Shown here piece after piece: positions 18,978 to 29,286 of a stretch of 64,000 bases of DNA. A program made the position numbers and the translations under genes. The DNA is from Deltaproteobacteria bacterium (GTDB lineage Bacteria; Desulfobacterota; GWC2-55-46): NCBI GenBank assembly GCA_016212705.1, contig JACREU010000070.1, forward strand, positions 72,390-136,389, in the 5' to 3' direction. The first letter of the stretch is position 1. The number at the start of each line of letters is the position of its first letter. The notes beneath the pieces were generated by a model. The model saw nothing but the letters and a program-made list of their open reading frames with translations. It was not told the DNA's origin and did not search any database.

Positions 18978-20528
18978 ATGGAACTACAGACTGCGGTAGC
19001 GATACCTGATCAGTTCAGGATAATGTTCATCGACGACGACGATTCGGTACGCGAGTCGGTGAGCGAGATACTCGAGCGCAAGGGATGGCAGGTGGACGCG
19101 TTCTCGAACGCCGAAGGGGCGCTCTCGGCGCTCCGAGGCGGACAATACGACTGCGTGCTCGCCGACATAAACATGCCGGGTTTGAGCGGCATGAACTTCC
19201 TGCTGATGGCCAGGGAGTCCGCGCCCGACGTGCCGGTTGTGATGGTGACCGGGTATCCCTCGATAGACCTCGCCGTCGAGGCGATGAAGATAGGCGCCGT
19301 CGACTTTCTCGCCAAACCCTTCAAGACGCAGGAACTCGAGATAATCGTCAGGAAGGCCGTGAGCGAGGCACGGGTAGTACGGGTCCACGAGGAGGCCAAG
19401 CCGGACTCCGGCAGGACGATAGTCCATCTCCCGGAGCTCGCCAGAAGGAGGCTCGAGGACAAGATAAAGGAGCTCTCGATCCTGCACACCATAAGCGAGA
19501 CGCTCGACGAGGTGAGCGAGAAGGAAGACATATTCAGGAAGACAATGGACATCGCCCAGATCATAACGGACGCAGGCAGGGCGTTCATTATGGTGGTGGA
19601 GAGTGACGGAGCGGCCCTTGTGGTCCGCGCCGCGTCAGGTTACGACGGCGACATCGTTGGCCTCGCTTTCCCGGCCTCTGAGGAGCCTTTCAACGGCGTC
19701 ATTAAAAATAAATGCTACTCGCACGTCCTCGTGGACGGCCGCGACCTCTCGCCGCTCATCGCAGGGTCGTTCGGCCCGGGCAAGAGGCCTTCGCTCCTCC
19801 TCGCGCCACTCACTATAAACAGGGAGGTCGTCGTCATCCTCGGGCTCGCCGGGATGGACGGCATGGTCGAGTTTACGAACGACGCGTTGACGCTCCTGCT
19901 GAACCTCACGGCGAAGGCGTCTCTCAAGCTCGAGAATATCGCGCTCTCGGAGAACATATTCACCTCCATCATCGCGGGGCTCAATTCGCTCATAAACGCG
20001 CTTGACGCGCGCGACACCTACACCAAGGACCATTCGAACAGGGTGACCAGGTACGCTGTGCAGATAGCCAAGGCCCTTGAGTGCAGACAGGACATAGTCG
20101 ACAGCATAAGCTTCGCCGGCCCGCTCCACGATATAGGCAAGATCGCCATAAGGGACGATATCCTCCTCAAACAGGGGCAGTTCTCGATAGACGAGAGGGA
20201 GATAATGAAGTCGCACGTCGTCAGGGGCGAGGAGATATTGAAGCCGCTTAACCTGCTCGCGCTGGAGAGGGCCGTCGTCCTCTATCACCACGAGAGATGG
20301 GACGGAGGCGGTTACCCGAAGGGGCTCTCCAGGGGCGACATCCCAATCGTAGCGCGCATATTCAGCGTGGCTGACACCTTTGACGCGATGACTTCGACTC
20401 GTCCGTACAGGAAGGCCCTTCCCTTTGAGGTTGCGAAGGACGAGATAGTCAGGTGCGCCGGCACGCAGTTCGACCCGGAGGTGGTCGACGGCTTCCTCCA
20501 CTCAGGGATCCTTAAGGAGGGCCAATGA
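18978..20528 (+). CDS. REC-GAF-HD-GYP c-di-GMP phosphodiesterase response regulator
   Basis: REC (FIDDDD...LADINMPGLSG). GAF in the middle. HD (PLHDIGKIAI) plus the HHERWDGGGYPKGL GYP motif. Confidence 0.8.
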   Translation: MELQTAVAIPDQFRIMFIDDDDSVRESVSEILERKGWQVDAFSNAEGALSALRGGQYDCVLADINMPGLSGMNFLLMARESAPDVPVVMVTGYPSIDLAVEAMKIGAVDFLAKPFKTQELEIIVRKAVSEARVVRVHEEAKPDSGRTIVHLPELARRRLEDKIKELSILHTISETLDEVSEKEDIFRKTMDIAQIITDAGRAFIMVVESDGAALVVRAASGYDGDIVGLAFPASEEPFNGVIKNKCYSHVLVDGRDLSPLIAGSFGPGKRPSLLLAPLTINREVVVILGLAGMDGMVEFTNDALTLLLNLTAKASLKLENIALSENIFTSIIAGLNSLINALDARDTYTKDHSNRVTRYAVQIAKALECRQDIVDSISFAGPLHDIGKIAIRDDILLKQGQFSIDEREIMKSHVVRGEEILKPLNLLALERAVVLYHHERWDGGGYPKGLSRGDIPIVARIFSVADTFDAMTSTRPYRKALPFEVAKDEIVRCAGTQFDPEVVDGFLHSGILKEGQ

Positions 20529-21064
20529 CGGACTTCAGGGAAGGGGTGTCGACTGAAGGAAAGCGCGAGTTTGTAAGGACCAGCGACAATATCCCCGTCT
20601 ACTACGAGCTTCTCTCCGGGGAGGTCCCTGAGGGCGCGCAACCGGACTGGGAGCTCCTCTTCGACGACATCGACCCGAAGCCCGAGGAGAACCCCAGGCT
20701 CTACGAGCTCCTCTTCGACATCAACCAGAAGCTCAACATACTCTTGAATCACATGTCAGGGCAAGGCGGCTTCAACATCCCGGAGGCGAGAGACGTGAAC
20801 ATAAGCGGCGGGGGATTGCGGTTCTTCAGCGCCGAGCGTTTCAACCCCGGAGACAGGCTTTTTTTAAAGACCTTTCTCCCCACGCACGCGCACATCATAA
20901 AGATAAAGTGCGAGGTCGTCCGCTCCGCTCCGACCGGCAATGATAAGTACGAGACGGCCGTCAAGTACGTCGACATGGACGAGACGACCCGCGACAAGAT
21001 AATAAGGTACATCTTCGCCAAGCAGAGAAAACTGCTCCGCGGCGAGAAGACCACCGAAAAGTAG
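20525..21064 (+). CDS. PilZ domain c-di-GMP-binding protein (YcgR-like candidate)
   Basis: RxxxR (REFVR) and D/NxSxGG (NISGGGLRF) motifs. ATGA overlap with the HD-GYP gene. Confidence 0.7.
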   Translation: MTDFREGVSTEGKREFVRTSDNIPVYYELLSGEVPEGAQPDWELLFDDIDPKPEENPRLYELLFDINQKLNILLNHMSGQGGFNIPEARDVNISGGGLRFFSAERFNPGDRLFLKTFLPTHAHIIKIKCEVVRSAPTGNDKYETAVKYVDMDETTRDKIIRYIFAKQRKLLRGEKTTEK

Positions 21065-21125
21065 CATTCACCGGCTCCCTTGTAATACCCCCTCATAATA
21101 AAGTATAATGTAATCCATTGAATCG

Positions 21126-21148
21126 GGCCTTCTTTAAAAAGGCCTTTT
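21126..21148 (+). terminator. rho-independent terminator candidate after the PilZ gene
   Basis: GGCCTT-CTTTAAA-AAGGCC followed by TTTT. Confidence 0.4.
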
Positions 21149-21167
21149 CGCGTTTCTCCGCCCTTAA

Positions 21168-22553
21168 ATGCTCGAAAAAACATTTAGAAATACGATAAAG
21201 AGGCTCGGGATGCTCAGGAAGGGCGACGCGGTCCTCGCGGCGGTCTCAGGCGGCGTCGACTCAATCGTCATGCTCCGTCTCCTCGGTTCCGTAAAAGACG
21301 AGCTTGGACTCAAGCTCTCGGTCTGCCACCTGAACCACAACATGAGGGGGGCGGAATCCAGGCGCGACCTCGAGTTCGTCAAAAAGACGGCCCGCGGCCT
21401 GGGCCTTAAGTTCATCGGAAAGACGCTCGGTAAAGGCTCCCTCGTCCTGAAGGGCAAGTCTCTCCAGGAGGCGGCGCGCGAGGAGCGCTACGCGTTTTTC
21501 GAGGCCGCCGCGAAAAAGACCGGGGCCGGCAGGATCGCCCTCGGACACACGCTCGACGACCAGGCGGAGACGGTGCTTTTGAGGCTCTTGAAGGGCGCGT
21601 CCTTGAGCGGCCTCTCGGGGATCCCGCCCGTCCGCGCGCCTTTTATAAGGCCCCTCATTGAGGTTAAGAGGGAGGAGATAGAGAGGTACGCAACGGACAA
21701 TGGCATCGACTTTGTAACGGATTCTACGAACAAGATTCCCAAGTATCTGAGGAACAGCGTAAGGCTCTCCCTCATCCCTTTCATAGAGAAAAACTATAAT
21801 TGCTCCGTAAAAGAGACGCTCGCGAGGACCGCGTCCGTCCTCGCCGTCGACAACGCCTTCATCATCGAGGCGGCGCGGGAGGCGTTCGATGAGGTTGTGG
21901 TGGAGAGCAGGGGGGCAGTAGCCATTGACAGGCCCAGGACCGCCTCCCTCCACAGGGCCGTTTCGTCGCGGGTCTTCCTTAAGGCCCTGGGGAGGTTCGA
22001 CCCCGCATCCGCCTCTGACCTCTCATCCGCCCATGTCGAGGCCTTCCATGCGGTTGTGGAAGGGAGGTCTCCATCGGCCTCGATCAAGCTCCCCGGCGGA
22101 ATCGTCCTAAGGCGCGAGTATGACAGGGTGATAATTGCGCGAGGCACGACCGATAAAAGGAAGCCATTCGAGAAAATACTCAAAGTCCCGGGGAGGACCG
22201 TAATCCCCGGCTGTGGGGCCTTTGTGGCCGAGGTTTCAAATAAGAGACCGAAGTCCATCGTGACCGGGGTGGATACCATATATCTCGACCTCGACGAGGC
22301 CGGAGACGGCCTTTTTTTAAGGCCATTCATCCCCGGAGACAGGATCGTCCCTTTCGGCATGACAGGGCATAAGAAGGTTAAGGATATCTTAATCGACGCG
22401 AAGGCCCCGAGGCATACCCGCCAGTCCATCCCATTACTCTTAAAGGGAGGGGATGTCATATGGGTCCCCGGGATAAAGAGGTCGGACCTCTTCAGGGTCA
22501 CCGGCAGGACCGTCAGAGTCCTCAAGGTGGAATGGGTGGGTCGAGGCGGCTAA
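21168..22553 (+). CDS. tilS: tRNA(Ile)-lysidine synthetase
   Basis: PP-loop AVSGGVDSIVML near the N-terminus. ~460 aa with a TilS C-terminal domain. Confidence 0.85.
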   Translation: MLEKTFRNTIKRLGMLRKGDAVLAAVSGGVDSIVMLRLLGSVKDELGLKLSVCHLNHNMRGAESRRDLEFVKKTARGLGLKFIGKTLGKGSLVLKGKSLQEAAREERYAFFEAAAKKTGAGRIALGHTLDDQAETVLLRLLKGASLSGLSGIPPVRAPFIRPLIEVKREEIERYATDNGIDFVTDSTNKIPKYLRNSVRLSLIPFIEKNYNCSVKETLARTASVLAVDNAFIIEAAREAFDEVVVESRGAVAIDRPRTASLHRAVSSRVFLKALGRFDPASASDLSSAHVEAFHAVVEGRSPSASIKLPGGIVLRREYDRVIIARGTTDKRKPFEKILKVPGRTVIPGCGAFVAEVSNKRPKSIVTGVDTIYLDLDEAGDGLFLRPFIPGDRIVPFGMTGHKKVKDILIDAKAPRHTRQSIPLLLKGGDVIWVPGIKRSDLFRVTGRTVRVLKVEWVGRGG

Positions 22554-22670
22554 AAATCGCTTTAATTCGTCCATGAAAAGTTATAGAATTAACAGTTCAA
22601 ATCCATGCCGCGCGTAACTGGCTCAAAAGGCATCGAAACTGAAGTCATACTCAACGGGGGATAGCCCATA

Positions 22671-23189
22671 ATGATAATGCCTTATAAGGGGATAAACCCC
22701 CGTATCCACGAGACGGCCTTCATAGTCGATAACGCGTCCATCATAGGGGACGTCGAGATAGGCGAACACTCGAGCGTCTGGTTCAATGCGGTGGTTCGCG
22801 GCGACGTCCACTACATCCGCATAGGCAAGAGGACTAATGTCCAGGACAATTGCACCCTCCATGTCACGAAAGACACGTACCCGCTTATAATCGGCAACGA
22901 CATAACCATAGGGCACAACGTCATACTCCACGGTTGCACCGTAAGGGACAGGTGTCTCATAGGCATGGGCTCGATAATACTCGATAACGCGGAAGTGGGC
23001 GAGGACTCGATAATCGGCGCGGGCGCGCTCGTGACCGAAGGCATGAAGGTCCCTCCCAGGTCGCTCGTTTTGGGCGTCCCCGGCAAGGTAAAGAGGGCGC
23101 TTACGGACGACGAGGTCGCGCGCATCCTTAAGTCCGCCGGGAACTATATGGAGTATTCGAGAAACTACCTCGAATACAGGGGGGCTTAG
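22671..23189 (+). CDS. gamma-carbonic anhydrase family hexapeptide-repeat protein
   Basis: Left-handed beta-helix repeats with NASIIGDVEIGEHSSVWFNAVVRGD, typical of the YrdA/PaaY/CaiE gamma-CA family. Confidence 0.75.
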   Translation: MIMPYKGINPRIHETAFIVDNASIIGDVEIGEHSSVWFNAVVRGDVHYIRIGKRTNVQDNCTLHVTKDTYPLIIGNDITIGHNVILHGCTVRDRCLIGMGSIILDNAEVGEDSIIGAGALVTEGMKVPPRSLVLGVPGKVKRALTDDEVARILKSAGNYMEYSRNYLEYRGA

Positions 23190-23828
23190 GTGTTCGGAGG
23201 GCTTTCCTTCATGGGTCTCCTTTCAAAGGGCGGGGTTACGGTCGTCGTCCTCGGGCTCCTTTCGGTACTGTCCATCGCGGTCATGCTTGAGAGGGCGTGG
23301 GCCTTTAGAAAGTTCAGGAGGGGGATATTCGACCTCATCGGGCCGCTAAAAAAGACGCTTGACAGTAGCGGCCTCTCTGTTGCGGCCGGTTATTCGGGCG
23401 TGGCGGAATCCCCCCTTGGAAGGGTGTTCCTCGCCGGTTACGGGAAGCGCGGCAAAAAGAAGGATGTCATAGAAGGCGCGATGGAGCTCGCCGGGAGGCG
23501 TGAGGTACAAAAGCTGGAGCGGTTTCTGGGGGTCATCGGGACTATCGGCTCGACGGCCCCGTTCATCGGTCTCTTCGGCACTGTCCTCGGCATCATAAGG
23601 GCCTTTAGCGACATGGCGCTCACTCAAGGGGCGTCCCCCTCGGCCGTTGCCGACGGCATAGCCGAGGCGCTCGTTGCGACAGCCGCCGGGCTTTTCGTAG
23701 CCATACCGGCTGTGGCCGCGTACAACTACTTCGTAAGGACCGTTTCAAAATATTCGCTTGAGCTCGAGGCCTCGGCCTCGGAGTTCACGGAGGCTTTTAT
23801 ATCCGATGGCATGGAAGATAAACGATAA
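23190..23828 (+). CDS. MotA/TolQ/ExbB proton-channel family protein
   Basis: Three TM segments and the conserved C-terminal GIAEALVATAAGLFVAIPAV. Confidence 0.75.
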   Translation: MFGGLSFMGLLSKGGVTVVVLGLLSVLSIAVMLERAWAFRKFRRGIFDLIGPLKKTLDSSGLSVAAGYSGVAESPLGRVFLAGYGKRGKKKDVIEGAMELAGRREVQKLERFLGVIGTIGSTAPFIGLFGTVLGIIRAFSDMALTQGASPSAVADGIAEALVATAAGLFVAIPAVAAYNYFVRTVSKYSLELEASASEFTEAFISDGMEDKR

Positions 23829-23841
23829 TAAAGAGCGGATG

Positions 23842-24213
23842 ATGGCCGAGATAAACATCACGCCCTTGACCGACGTGATGCTCGTCCTCCTCGTCATATT
23901 CATGGTGACGACGCCGCTCATCATGACCGAGTCCTTCAAGATAAAGCTCCCGAGGGCGGTCACCTCCGACGCCGAGCCCGGCAGGGGGGCCATAGTCGCG
24001 GTGAGCTCTGACGGGGCAATAAACTTAAACGGCAAGCCGGTCTCTCTTGCCGGCCTCTCAGGTGAATTAAGGGCCGGGTTTGAGGCAGGCAAGGACAGGA
24101 CCGTCGTCGTCAAGGCCGACGGCGACGCCCGCCACAGCCTGATAGTAAGGATACTCGACACCGCGAAGCTCGCCGGGGCCGAGAGGCTATCCATCGCAAC
24201 CGAGAGGGAGTAG
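23842..24213 (+). CDS. ExbD/TolR family biopolymer transport protein
   Basis: MMAEINITPLTDVMLVLLVIFMV is the N-terminal TM helix typical of ExbD/TolR. ~124 aa. Confidence 0.75.
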   Translation: MAEINITPLTDVMLVLLVIFMVTTPLIMTESFKIKLPRAVTSDAEPGRGAIVAVSSDGAINLNGKPVSLAGLSGELRAGFEAGKDRTVVVKADGDARHSLIVRILDTAKLAGAERLSIATERE

Positions 24214-24226
24214 GCTTCCGCAATAG

Positions 24227-25186
24227 ATGAGATACGCGTCCATCGACATCGGCACGAACACCCTGAGGCTGTTAATAGCCGAGCCTGGCGCGGACAAGGG
24301 TCTCAGACCCATCTTATACAAGAGGGCGATAACGAGGCTCGGCGGCGGTTACTCGGAGGATGGGGGGATATCGGATGAGGCGGCAAGGCGCGCCATAAAG
24401 GCGCTTGAGGACTTTAAGAAAGAGATAGACTCAAGCGGGGTTGCGAGGGTCCTCGCATTCGCCACAAGTGTCGTAAGGCGCGCTAAAAACAGCGCGGCGT
24501 TTAAAAGCGAGGTCCTGGAAAAGACCGGGCTGGAAATAACCGTCATAACAGGCGCCGAGGAGGCCCGGCTGTCGCTCCAGGGCGTCCTGTCGGTCATAAA
24601 GGACGAGTCCCCGGAAAGGCTCGTCATCGACATAGGCGGCGGCTCGACGGAGTTCATATTCACGGATAAAGACGGCGCCGCGCTCGAGTGGTCGATGGAG
24701 ATGGGTGTCGTCCACCTGACCGAACGGCACTTGAAAAGCGACCCTCCCGTGGCGATGGAGATATCCGCCCTTGAGAACGAGATAGGGTCTGTAATAGGTG
24801 AGTTAAGGAAACGCGCATCCAGGGCCGGGATCGATCTGGAGAGATACTCCGGCAAAGGCGGCGCGATATTCGTAGGCACCGCCGGGACCATCACGACGCT
24901 CGCCGCGCTCGACCAGGACCTTGCCGTCTACGATAAAAGCCGCATAAACAATTACGTCCTCAAGAAGGCGAATGTGGAGCGGATGTACAGGGGGCTCCTT
25001 TCCATGAGCATTAAGGAGCGCGAGAGGGTATTGTCGCTGGAGAAGGGCAGGGAAGACCTGATCATCCCCGGGTCCGCCATTACGCTCCTTACAATGGAGG
25101 CCTTCGGCTTTTCTTCCATTACGGTCGTTGACGCCGGGCTCCTCGAAGGCATAATATTGAACGAGATAAATAAGACCGTCTTATAA
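24227..25186 (+). CDS. Ppx/GppA family exopolyphosphatase / guanosine pentaphosphate phosphohydrolase
   Basis: MRYASIDIGTNTLRLLIAE (ASKHA phosphate-1 motif) and DIGGGSTEF (phosphate-2). Confidence 0.75.
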   Translation: MRYASIDIGTNTLRLLIAEPGADKGLRPILYKRAITRLGGGYSEDGGISDEAARRAIKALEDFKKEIDSSGVARVLAFATSVVRRAKNSAAFKSEVLEKTGLEITVITGAEEARLSLQGVLSVIKDESPERLVIDIGGGSTEFIFTDKDGAALEWSMEMGVVHLTERHLKSDPPVAMEISALENEIGSVIGELRKRASRAGIDLERYSGKGGAIFVGTAGTITTLAALDQDLAVYDKSRINNYVLKKANVERMYRGLLSMSIKERERVLSLEKGREDLIIPGSAITLLTMEAFGFSSITVVDAGLLEGIILNEINKTVL

Positions 25187-25201
25187 CGGGAGGTTTAACG
25201 C

Positions 25202-26662
25202 ATGGATTATCTTAAGATAAAGAACGCATTGACCTTTGACGACGTGCTCCTGGAGCCGTCGTTCTCGAAGGTGCTTCCGAGGGACGCCGACATCTCAACG
25301 AGGCTCACTAACGAGATAAGGCTCAATATCCCGCTCATGAGCGCGGCGATGGACACTGTGACCGAGTCCCGCATGGCCATAGCCATAGCGCAGGCCGGGG
25401 GCATCGGCATCATACACAAGAACCTTACGATAGACGAGCAGGCGGCGATGGTCGACAAGGTCAAGAAGTACGAGTCCGTCATAATCTCAAAACCCATGAC
25501 CTTAAGCCCCGAGCAGAAGGTCGAGGACGCGCTCGATATAATGAGGAGGGAGCAGATATCGGGCTTCCCGATCGTCAAGGACGGCGTCCTCGTCGGCATA
25601 CTCACCAACAGGGACTTGAGGTTCGAGACGAACCCATTGAGAAAGATATCCGAGATTATGACGACGAAGGTCATAACCGTCCCTTGCGGGACGTCCATCG
25701 AAAAGGCCAAGGAGATGCTCCACAAGCACAGGATAGAGAAGCTCCCTGTGGTCGATAAAAAGAACAGGCTTAAGGGCCTCATCACCGTAACCGACATCGA
25801 GAAGAGGGAGAAGTACCCGGACTCCTGCAAGGACGTCCTCGGCAGGCTCCGCGTGGGCGCGGCCGTCGGGGTGTCTTTTGACAGGGAGGCGCGTATTGAG
25901 GCCCTCATTAAGGCTGGCGCGGACTGCATCATCATCGACACCGCCCACGGCCACAGTAGCGGCGTAATCGACGCGGTCAGGTCCACGAAGAAGAGCTTCA
26001 ACTGCCAGTTGATAGCAGGCAATATCGCGACCGCGCAGGCGGCTGAAGCGCTCATCAAGGCCGGGGTAGACGCCATAAAGGTCGGCGTCGGACCGGGATC
26101 CATCTGCACGACAAGGATAGTCACCGGCATAGGGGTGCCGCAGATAACAGCGGTGAGCGATTGCGTGGCCGTCGCGCGGAAAAAGAACATCCCGGTCATT
26201 TCCGACGGCGGAATAAAGTATTCCGGCGATATCACAAAGGCGCTCGCGGCAGGGGCCGACTCCATAATGATAGGAGGCTTGTTTGCCGGGACGGACGAGT
26301 CCCCCGGAGAGACGATCCTGTATCAGGGCCGCACCTTCAAGGTCTACAGGGGCATGGGCTCGATCGAGGCGATGAAGAAGGGGTCGAAAGACAGGTACTT
26401 TCAGGAGGACGTGGAGAGCGAGCTTAAACTCGTGCCCGAAGGCATAGAGGGGAGGGTCCCGCACAAAGGCCCCATCGCCTCGACCATCTTCCAGCTCATA
26501 GGCGGCCTCCGTGCCGGTATGGGCTACTGCGGCTCAAGGACGATACCCGAGCTCCACGAGAAGGCGCGGTTCGTAAAGATAACGTCGTCGGGGTTAAGAG
26601 AGAGCCACGTCCACGACGTAACGATAACCAAAGAGGCCCCGAACTACAAGCAGGAGGCGTAA
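25202..26662 (+). CDS. guaB: IMP dehydrogenase
   Basis: [11 protein letters not shown] pair, catalytic loop [29 protein letters not shown]. Confidence 0.92.
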   Translation: MDYLKIKNALTFDDVLLEPSFSKVLPRDADISTRLTNEIRLNIPLMSAAMDTVTESRMAIAIAQAGGIGIIHKNLTIDEQAAMVDKVKKYESVIISKPMTLSPEQKVEDALDIMRREQISGFPIVKDGVLVGILTNRDLRFETNPLRKISEIMTTKVITVPCGTSIEKAKEMLHKHRIEKLPVVDKKNRLKGLITVTDIEKREKYPDSCKDVLGRLRVGAAVGVSFDREARIEALIKAGADCIIIDTAHGHSSGVIDAVRSTKKSFNCQLIAGNIATAQAAEALIKAGVDAIKVGVGPGSICTTRIVTGIGVPQITAVSDCVAVARKKNIPVISDGGIKYSGDITKALAAGADSIMIGGLFAGTDESPGETILYQGRTFKVYRGMGSIEAMKKGSKDRYFQEDVESELKLVPEGIEGRVPHKGPIASTIFQLIGGLRAGMGYCGSRTIPELHEKARFVKITSSGLRESHVHDVTITKEAPNYKQEA

Positions 26663-26692
26663 CGGCGGAGGAGACCCCGTCATTTAACCGAC

Positions 26693-28240
26693 ATGGACAT
26701 ACACTCAGAAAAGGTACTTATACTCGACTTCGGTTCCCAGTACACCCAGCTAATAGCCCGGAGGGTGAGGGAGGCGAAGGTCTACTGCGAAATACACCCC
26801 TTTAATTCGGGGCTTGCGTCCGTAAGGGCGTTTAACCCCAAGGGCATCATACTCTCGGGAGGCCCGTCCTCGGTCTATGACAAGGGCGCGCCGACGATAG
26901 GCAAGGAGATTTTCGGTCTCGGCGTCCAGGTGCTCGGCATCTGCTACGGCATGCAGCTTATTGCCAAGCTCCTCAACGGCAAGGTCGAGAGGTCGAATAA
27001 ACGCGAGTACGGAGGAGCCGACCTCGTCATAGAAAACGCCGGAGACCTGTTCAAGGGGCTGGGTTCCGGCCCTATGAAGGTCTGGATGAGCCACGGCGAC
27101 AGGGTAGAGGCCCTGCCGCCGGGATTCCAGACCATCGCGAGGTCCGCCAACTCCGCGATCTGCGCGATGGGGGACGCAAAACGTAAAATATACGGCGTCC
27201 AGTTCCACCCCGAGGTCGTCCACACCCCGAAGGGGGATAAGATACTCAGGAACTTCCTCTTCCAGGTATGCGCTTTGAAGCCGGCGTGGACGATGAAGTC
27301 GTTTATAGAGACGTCGATTGAGGGCATCAGGGCAAGGGCCGGAGAAGACCGCGTCGTCTGCGGCATAAGCGGCGGGGTGGACTCCGCCGTAGCCGCGCTC
27401 CTCGTCCACAAGGCGATAGGCGCGCGTCTCACCTGCATATTCGTCGACAACGGCGTCTTGAGAAAAAATGAGGCCGACAAGGTCGAGGCGACTTTAAAAA
27501 AGAGCTTTCACATGAACATCCGCCGCGTCAACGCCTCGGCCAGGTTCCTCAAGAAGCTCAAGGGTGTAGAGGACCCCGAGAGGAAGAGGAAGATAATAGG
27601 CGGGGAGTTCGTCCGGGTCTTCGAGGCGGAGGCGAAGAAGATAAAGAATGTAAAGTTCCTCGCGCAGGGGACCCTATATCCCGACGTCATCGAGAGCGTA
27701 TCCTTCAAGGGGCCATCGGCTACGATAAAGAGCCACCACAACGTCGGCGGTTTGCTCAAGAAGATGAAGCTCAAACTCATTGAGCCGCTCCGCGAACTTT
27801 TCAAGGACGAGGTGAGGGCTTTGGGCAGGGAGATGGGTATGCCGGACGAGGTAATCGACCGCCAGCCGTTCCCCGGCCCCGGCCTCGCCATAAGGATTAT
27901 CGGTGAAGTAACGAAGAAAAGGTGCGATATATTAAGAGAGGCCGACGCGATAGTCCTTGAGGAGATAAAGTCAGCGGGGCTGTATAAGAAGATGTGGCAG
28001 TCGTTCGCGGTGCTCCTGCCCATACGGACCGTCGGGGTCATGGGGGACGAGAGGACCTACGAGAACACCGTCGCGCTCCGCGCCGTGGAGAGCGTGGACG
28101 GCATGACCGCGGACTGGGTGAAGCTCCCCTACGAGGTCATGGAGAACATATCGAGGCGCGTCATAAACGAGGTCAGGGGCGTAAACAGGGTAGTATACGA
28201 CATAAGCTCTAAACCACCATCAACTATAGAATGGGAGTAG
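26693..28240 (+). CDS. guaA: GMP synthase (glutamine-hydrolysing)
   Basis: GATase-1 domain ([22 protein letters not shown]). PP-loop SGGVDSAV. C-terminal dimerisation domain ending ...PPSTIEWE. Confidence 0.92.
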   Translation: MDIHSEKVLILDFGSQYTQLIARRVREAKVYCEIHPFNSGLASVRAFNPKGIILSGGPSSVYDKGAPTIGKEIFGLGVQVLGICYGMQLIAKLLNGKVERSNKREYGGADLVIENAGDLFKGLGSGPMKVWMSHGDRVEALPPGFQTIARSANSAICAMGDAKRKIYGVQFHPEVVHTPKGDKILRNFLFQVCALKPAWTMKSFIETSIEGIRARAGEDRVVCGISGGVDSAVAALLVHKAIGARLTCIFVDNGVLRKNEADKVEATLKKSFHMNIRRVNASARFLKKLKGVEDPERKRKIIGGEFVRVFEAEAKKIKNVKFLAQGTLYPDVIESVSFKGPSATIKSHHNVGGLLKKMKLKLIEPLRELFKDEVRALGREMGMPDEVIDRQPFPGPGLAIRIIGEVTKKRCDILREADAIVLEEIKSAGLYKKMWQSFAVLLPIRTVGVMGDERTYENTVALRAVESVDGMTADWVKLPYEVMENISRRVINEVRGVNRVVYDISSKPPSTIEWE

Positions 28241-28965
28241 CTCAGGACATGGTAGAGGACCTCAAGGGCAAGGAGACTTGGCGGCTTTTCAGGATAATGA
28301 GCGAATTCATCGAGGGGTTCGACGAGCTCTCGGACATGGGCCCGGCGGTCTCGATTTTCGGCTCGGCGAGGATAAACCAGAACAACAGGTATTACAAGAA
28401 GACCGAGGAGATAGCGGCCCTCCTTTCCAAAAACGGGTATGCGATCATAACGGGCGGCGGCCCAGGCATCATGGAGGCGGCGAACAAGGGCGCCTGCAAG
28501 AACGGCGGGGCGTCGGTCGGCCTCAACATCACGCTCCCGCAGGAGCAGAGGCCGAACAGGTACCAGTCCAAGGCGCTCCACTTCAAGTACTTCTTCGCCA
28601 GAAAGGTGATGTTCGTCAAGTACGCCATCGGGTACGTCTGCATGCCCGGAGGCTTCGGCACGCTGGATGAGTTCTTCGAGGCGTTGACGCTCATCCAGAC
28701 CCACAAGATACACCCGTTCCCGCTCATACTCTTCGGGCGGGAGTACTGGGCGCCGCTCCTCGACTTCATGAAAAAGACGATGATCAAGTACAAGACGATC
28801 ACGCCCGAGGACCTGAACTTCATCGACGTCACCGACGACCCCAAAGAGGTCCTCCGCATCATCAACAGGCACATGAAATGGAAGAAGAAGCTCATAAAGT
28901 CCTCCTCAGGGAAAAAGAGCGCGAAGGGGCGGACCAGGGTCGTGAAAAAAAAGCTCGTTCCTTAA
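28231..28965 (+). CDS. LOG family protein (TIGR00730, cytokinin riboside 5'-monophosphate phosphoribohydrolase-like)
   Basis: [14 protein letters not shown] and [12 protein letters not shown] motifs. Overlaps the guaA stop, suggesting an operon. Confidence 0.8.
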   Translation: MGVAQDMVEDLKGKETWRLFRIMSEFIEGFDELSDMGPAVSIFGSARINQNNRYYKKTEEIAALLSKNGYAIITGGGPGIMEAANKGACKNGGASVGLNITLPQEQRPNRYQSKALHFKYFFARKVMFVKYAIGYVCMPGGFGTLDEFFEALTLIQTHKIHPFPLILFGREYWAPLLDFMKKTMIKYKTITPEDLNFIDVTDDPKEVLRIINRHMKWKKKLIKSSSGKKSAKGRTRVVKKKLVP

Positions 28966-28978
28966 GGGGGGATTTTAA

Positions 28979-29164
28979 ATGGACGACCACGGTCACGAAG
29001 AGAAGCTCAGAAAAGTTTCGATATCGCTCGAAGACGAACAGATAGATATGCTCAAGGAGCTTGCCGAAGAGTACAAGGGCAAGCTCGGCCAGAGGTGGAC
29101 CTTGAGCGCCATGATAAGGGTCGCGGTCGGCGACTTCCTCACGAAGATGGGGAAGATGAGCTGA
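28979..29164 (+). CDS. small ribbon-helix-helix (CopG-like) protein
   Basis: 61 aa. KVSISLEDEQIDMLKELAEE fits an RHH beta-strand followed by a helix. GGGGGG RBS. Confidence 0.45.
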   Translation: MDDHGHEEKLRKVSISLEDEQIDMLKELAEEYKGKLGQRWTLSAMIRVAVGDFLTKMGKMS

Positions 29165-29286
29165 AAGCGCGCCCGGCGCGCCCATGTCATTCCTGATGTT
29201 TTTATCGGGAATCCATGGACGTCATATGCGGGAATTACAAAAGACACTGGATTCCCGCTTAATGTCCGCGGGAACGACATCATGCC

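Noticed and set aside
25207-26464. Long antisense ORFs (352 and 320 aa) opposite guaB
   Set aside because: Antisense shadow ORFs of a highly conserved gene with no motifs. The same applies to 19635-20501, 21794-22525, 28129-28872 and 29503-30342.
28231-28965. LOG/SLOG protein as part of a defence system
   Set aside because: Canonical TIGR00730 motifs and translational coupling to guaA indicate the common housekeeping LOG-family gene, not a defence-associated SLOG.
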